Below, piece by piece: positions 44,361 to 44,928 of a DNA stretch of 44,928 nt (its first letter is position 1; each line of letters opens with the position of its first letter). Below the pieces are notes generated by a model, which was not told the DNA's origin, did not search any database, and saw nothing but the letters and a program-made list of their open reading frames with translations. Origin of the DNA: an uncultured Hyphomicrobium sp. (lineage in GTDB: Bacteria; Pseudomonadota; Alphaproteobacteria; Rhizobiales; Hyphomicrobiaceae); the NCBI GenBank assembly GCA_902825785.1, contig CADECN010000001.1, positions 1-44,928 on the forward strand, read 5' to 3'. The position numbers were made by a program, and so were the translations under genes.

Positions 44361-44928
44361 GTCGCGCATCCCCGGTTGAGATCTTTTGCTCAAAGAGTTT
44401 CGAGGCCAGCAACAGGCCAAGCAACAGCGCAGCCGTGAGGTAGGCCCAGAACGACATATCTTTGCGCGGCGTGCGCTCGCTGTAGGCGATCGGCATACGC
44501 TCGAGACGGCTGATCTCTTCGATCGCCGTGCCGACGGCGGACGGGTTCTCGGCCTCGAACGCCTTGTAGGGAATGCGCAGCGACTCGAAGAACTTGTTCA
44601 AGTGCCGTTCGGGCAGCACCTGCGGCGTGTCCTGCTCGCCGTCCGCGGGCGGATCGAAGATGCCGCGCGTCCCGGCCGTGCGCAGGAACAGCCAGTACAG
44701 GCGGACAGGCTGCTTGGCGAAGGATACGCGCAGTTTCTCCTGCAACCTCCGCCCGATCACCGCCGCGCCATCCGACACGAGCACGATGGCGCGCGCCGCG
44801 TTCGACGTATCTTGTTCGTGCATCTCGAGTGCAAGCGCGAGGCCGCGGCCAACATCGGTGAAGGCCAATCCAGGGCGGTCCATCGCATCGATCGCCGCGA
44901 ACAGGATGTCCTTGTGGTCGGTCATCGG
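44347..44928 (-). CDS. mxaC: MxaC (vWA domain), 5' end outside the window
   Basis: LVSDGAA, LYWLFLR, PERHL..FF.SL, YKAFEAE and I..LE..PI.Y.E..PR.D motifs. Upstream of mxaKLD. Confidence 0.8.
   Translation of the reverse strand, partial: PMTDHKDILFAAIDAMDRPGLAFTDVGRGLALALEMHEQDTSNAARAIVLVSDGAAVIGRRLQEKLRVSFAKQPVRLYWLFLRTAGTRGIFDPPADGEQDTPQVLPERHLNKFFESLRIPYKAFEAENPSAVGTAIEEISRLERMPIAYSERTPRKDMSFWAYLTAALLLGLLLASKLFEQKISTGDARHAGA

Noticed and set aside
1-44928. tRNA, rRNA, integrase or transposase genes, and self-targeting spacers
   Set aside because: None recognised by eye. Only ~10-bp chance matches to spacers were noticed; a computational scan is needed to exclude them.

Overview
GC-rich alphaproteobacterial DNA, probably from a Hyphomicrobiaceae-like methylotroph (inferred from mxaCKLD at the right end). 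From left to right: (1) the trailer end of a type I-C-like CRISPR array, cut by the window edge, with no cas genes; (2) a ~13 kb redox/metal-stress island (1.2-14.4 kb) carrying a bufferin-type RiPP cluster (DUF2282/DUF692/DUF2063/DoxX), three tandem CxxC peroxiredoxin-like genes, an OxyR-like LysR, bdhA, a cupin, an MFS transporter, a Met-rich metallopeptidase, a small secreted protein, DUF302 and a patatin; (3) a DeoR-centred catabolic cluster with two GcvT-family flavoproteins, two choline-kinase-family proteins and a betaine-type ABC transporter; (4) a lower-GC segment with an atypical quinohemoprotein dehydrogenase behind a sigma54 promoter; (5) a heme-uptake locus; (6) cti, small secreted proteins, TraB/GumN and mxaC'KLD. 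The strongest new signal read directly from the DNA is a repeated ~66-bp promoter architecture (ATAG-N7-CTAT, SRAMA-N11-CGSYAT, TTCAR -35, N17-18, -10). It occurs in 4 clear and 2 degenerate copies and links the island into one putative regulon of the OxyR-like LysR. That regulon includes a candidate ~97-nt anti-Shine-Dalgarno sRNA placed divergently from the regulator, like oxyR/oxyS. All family calls come from motif recognition by eye; no database searches were run.
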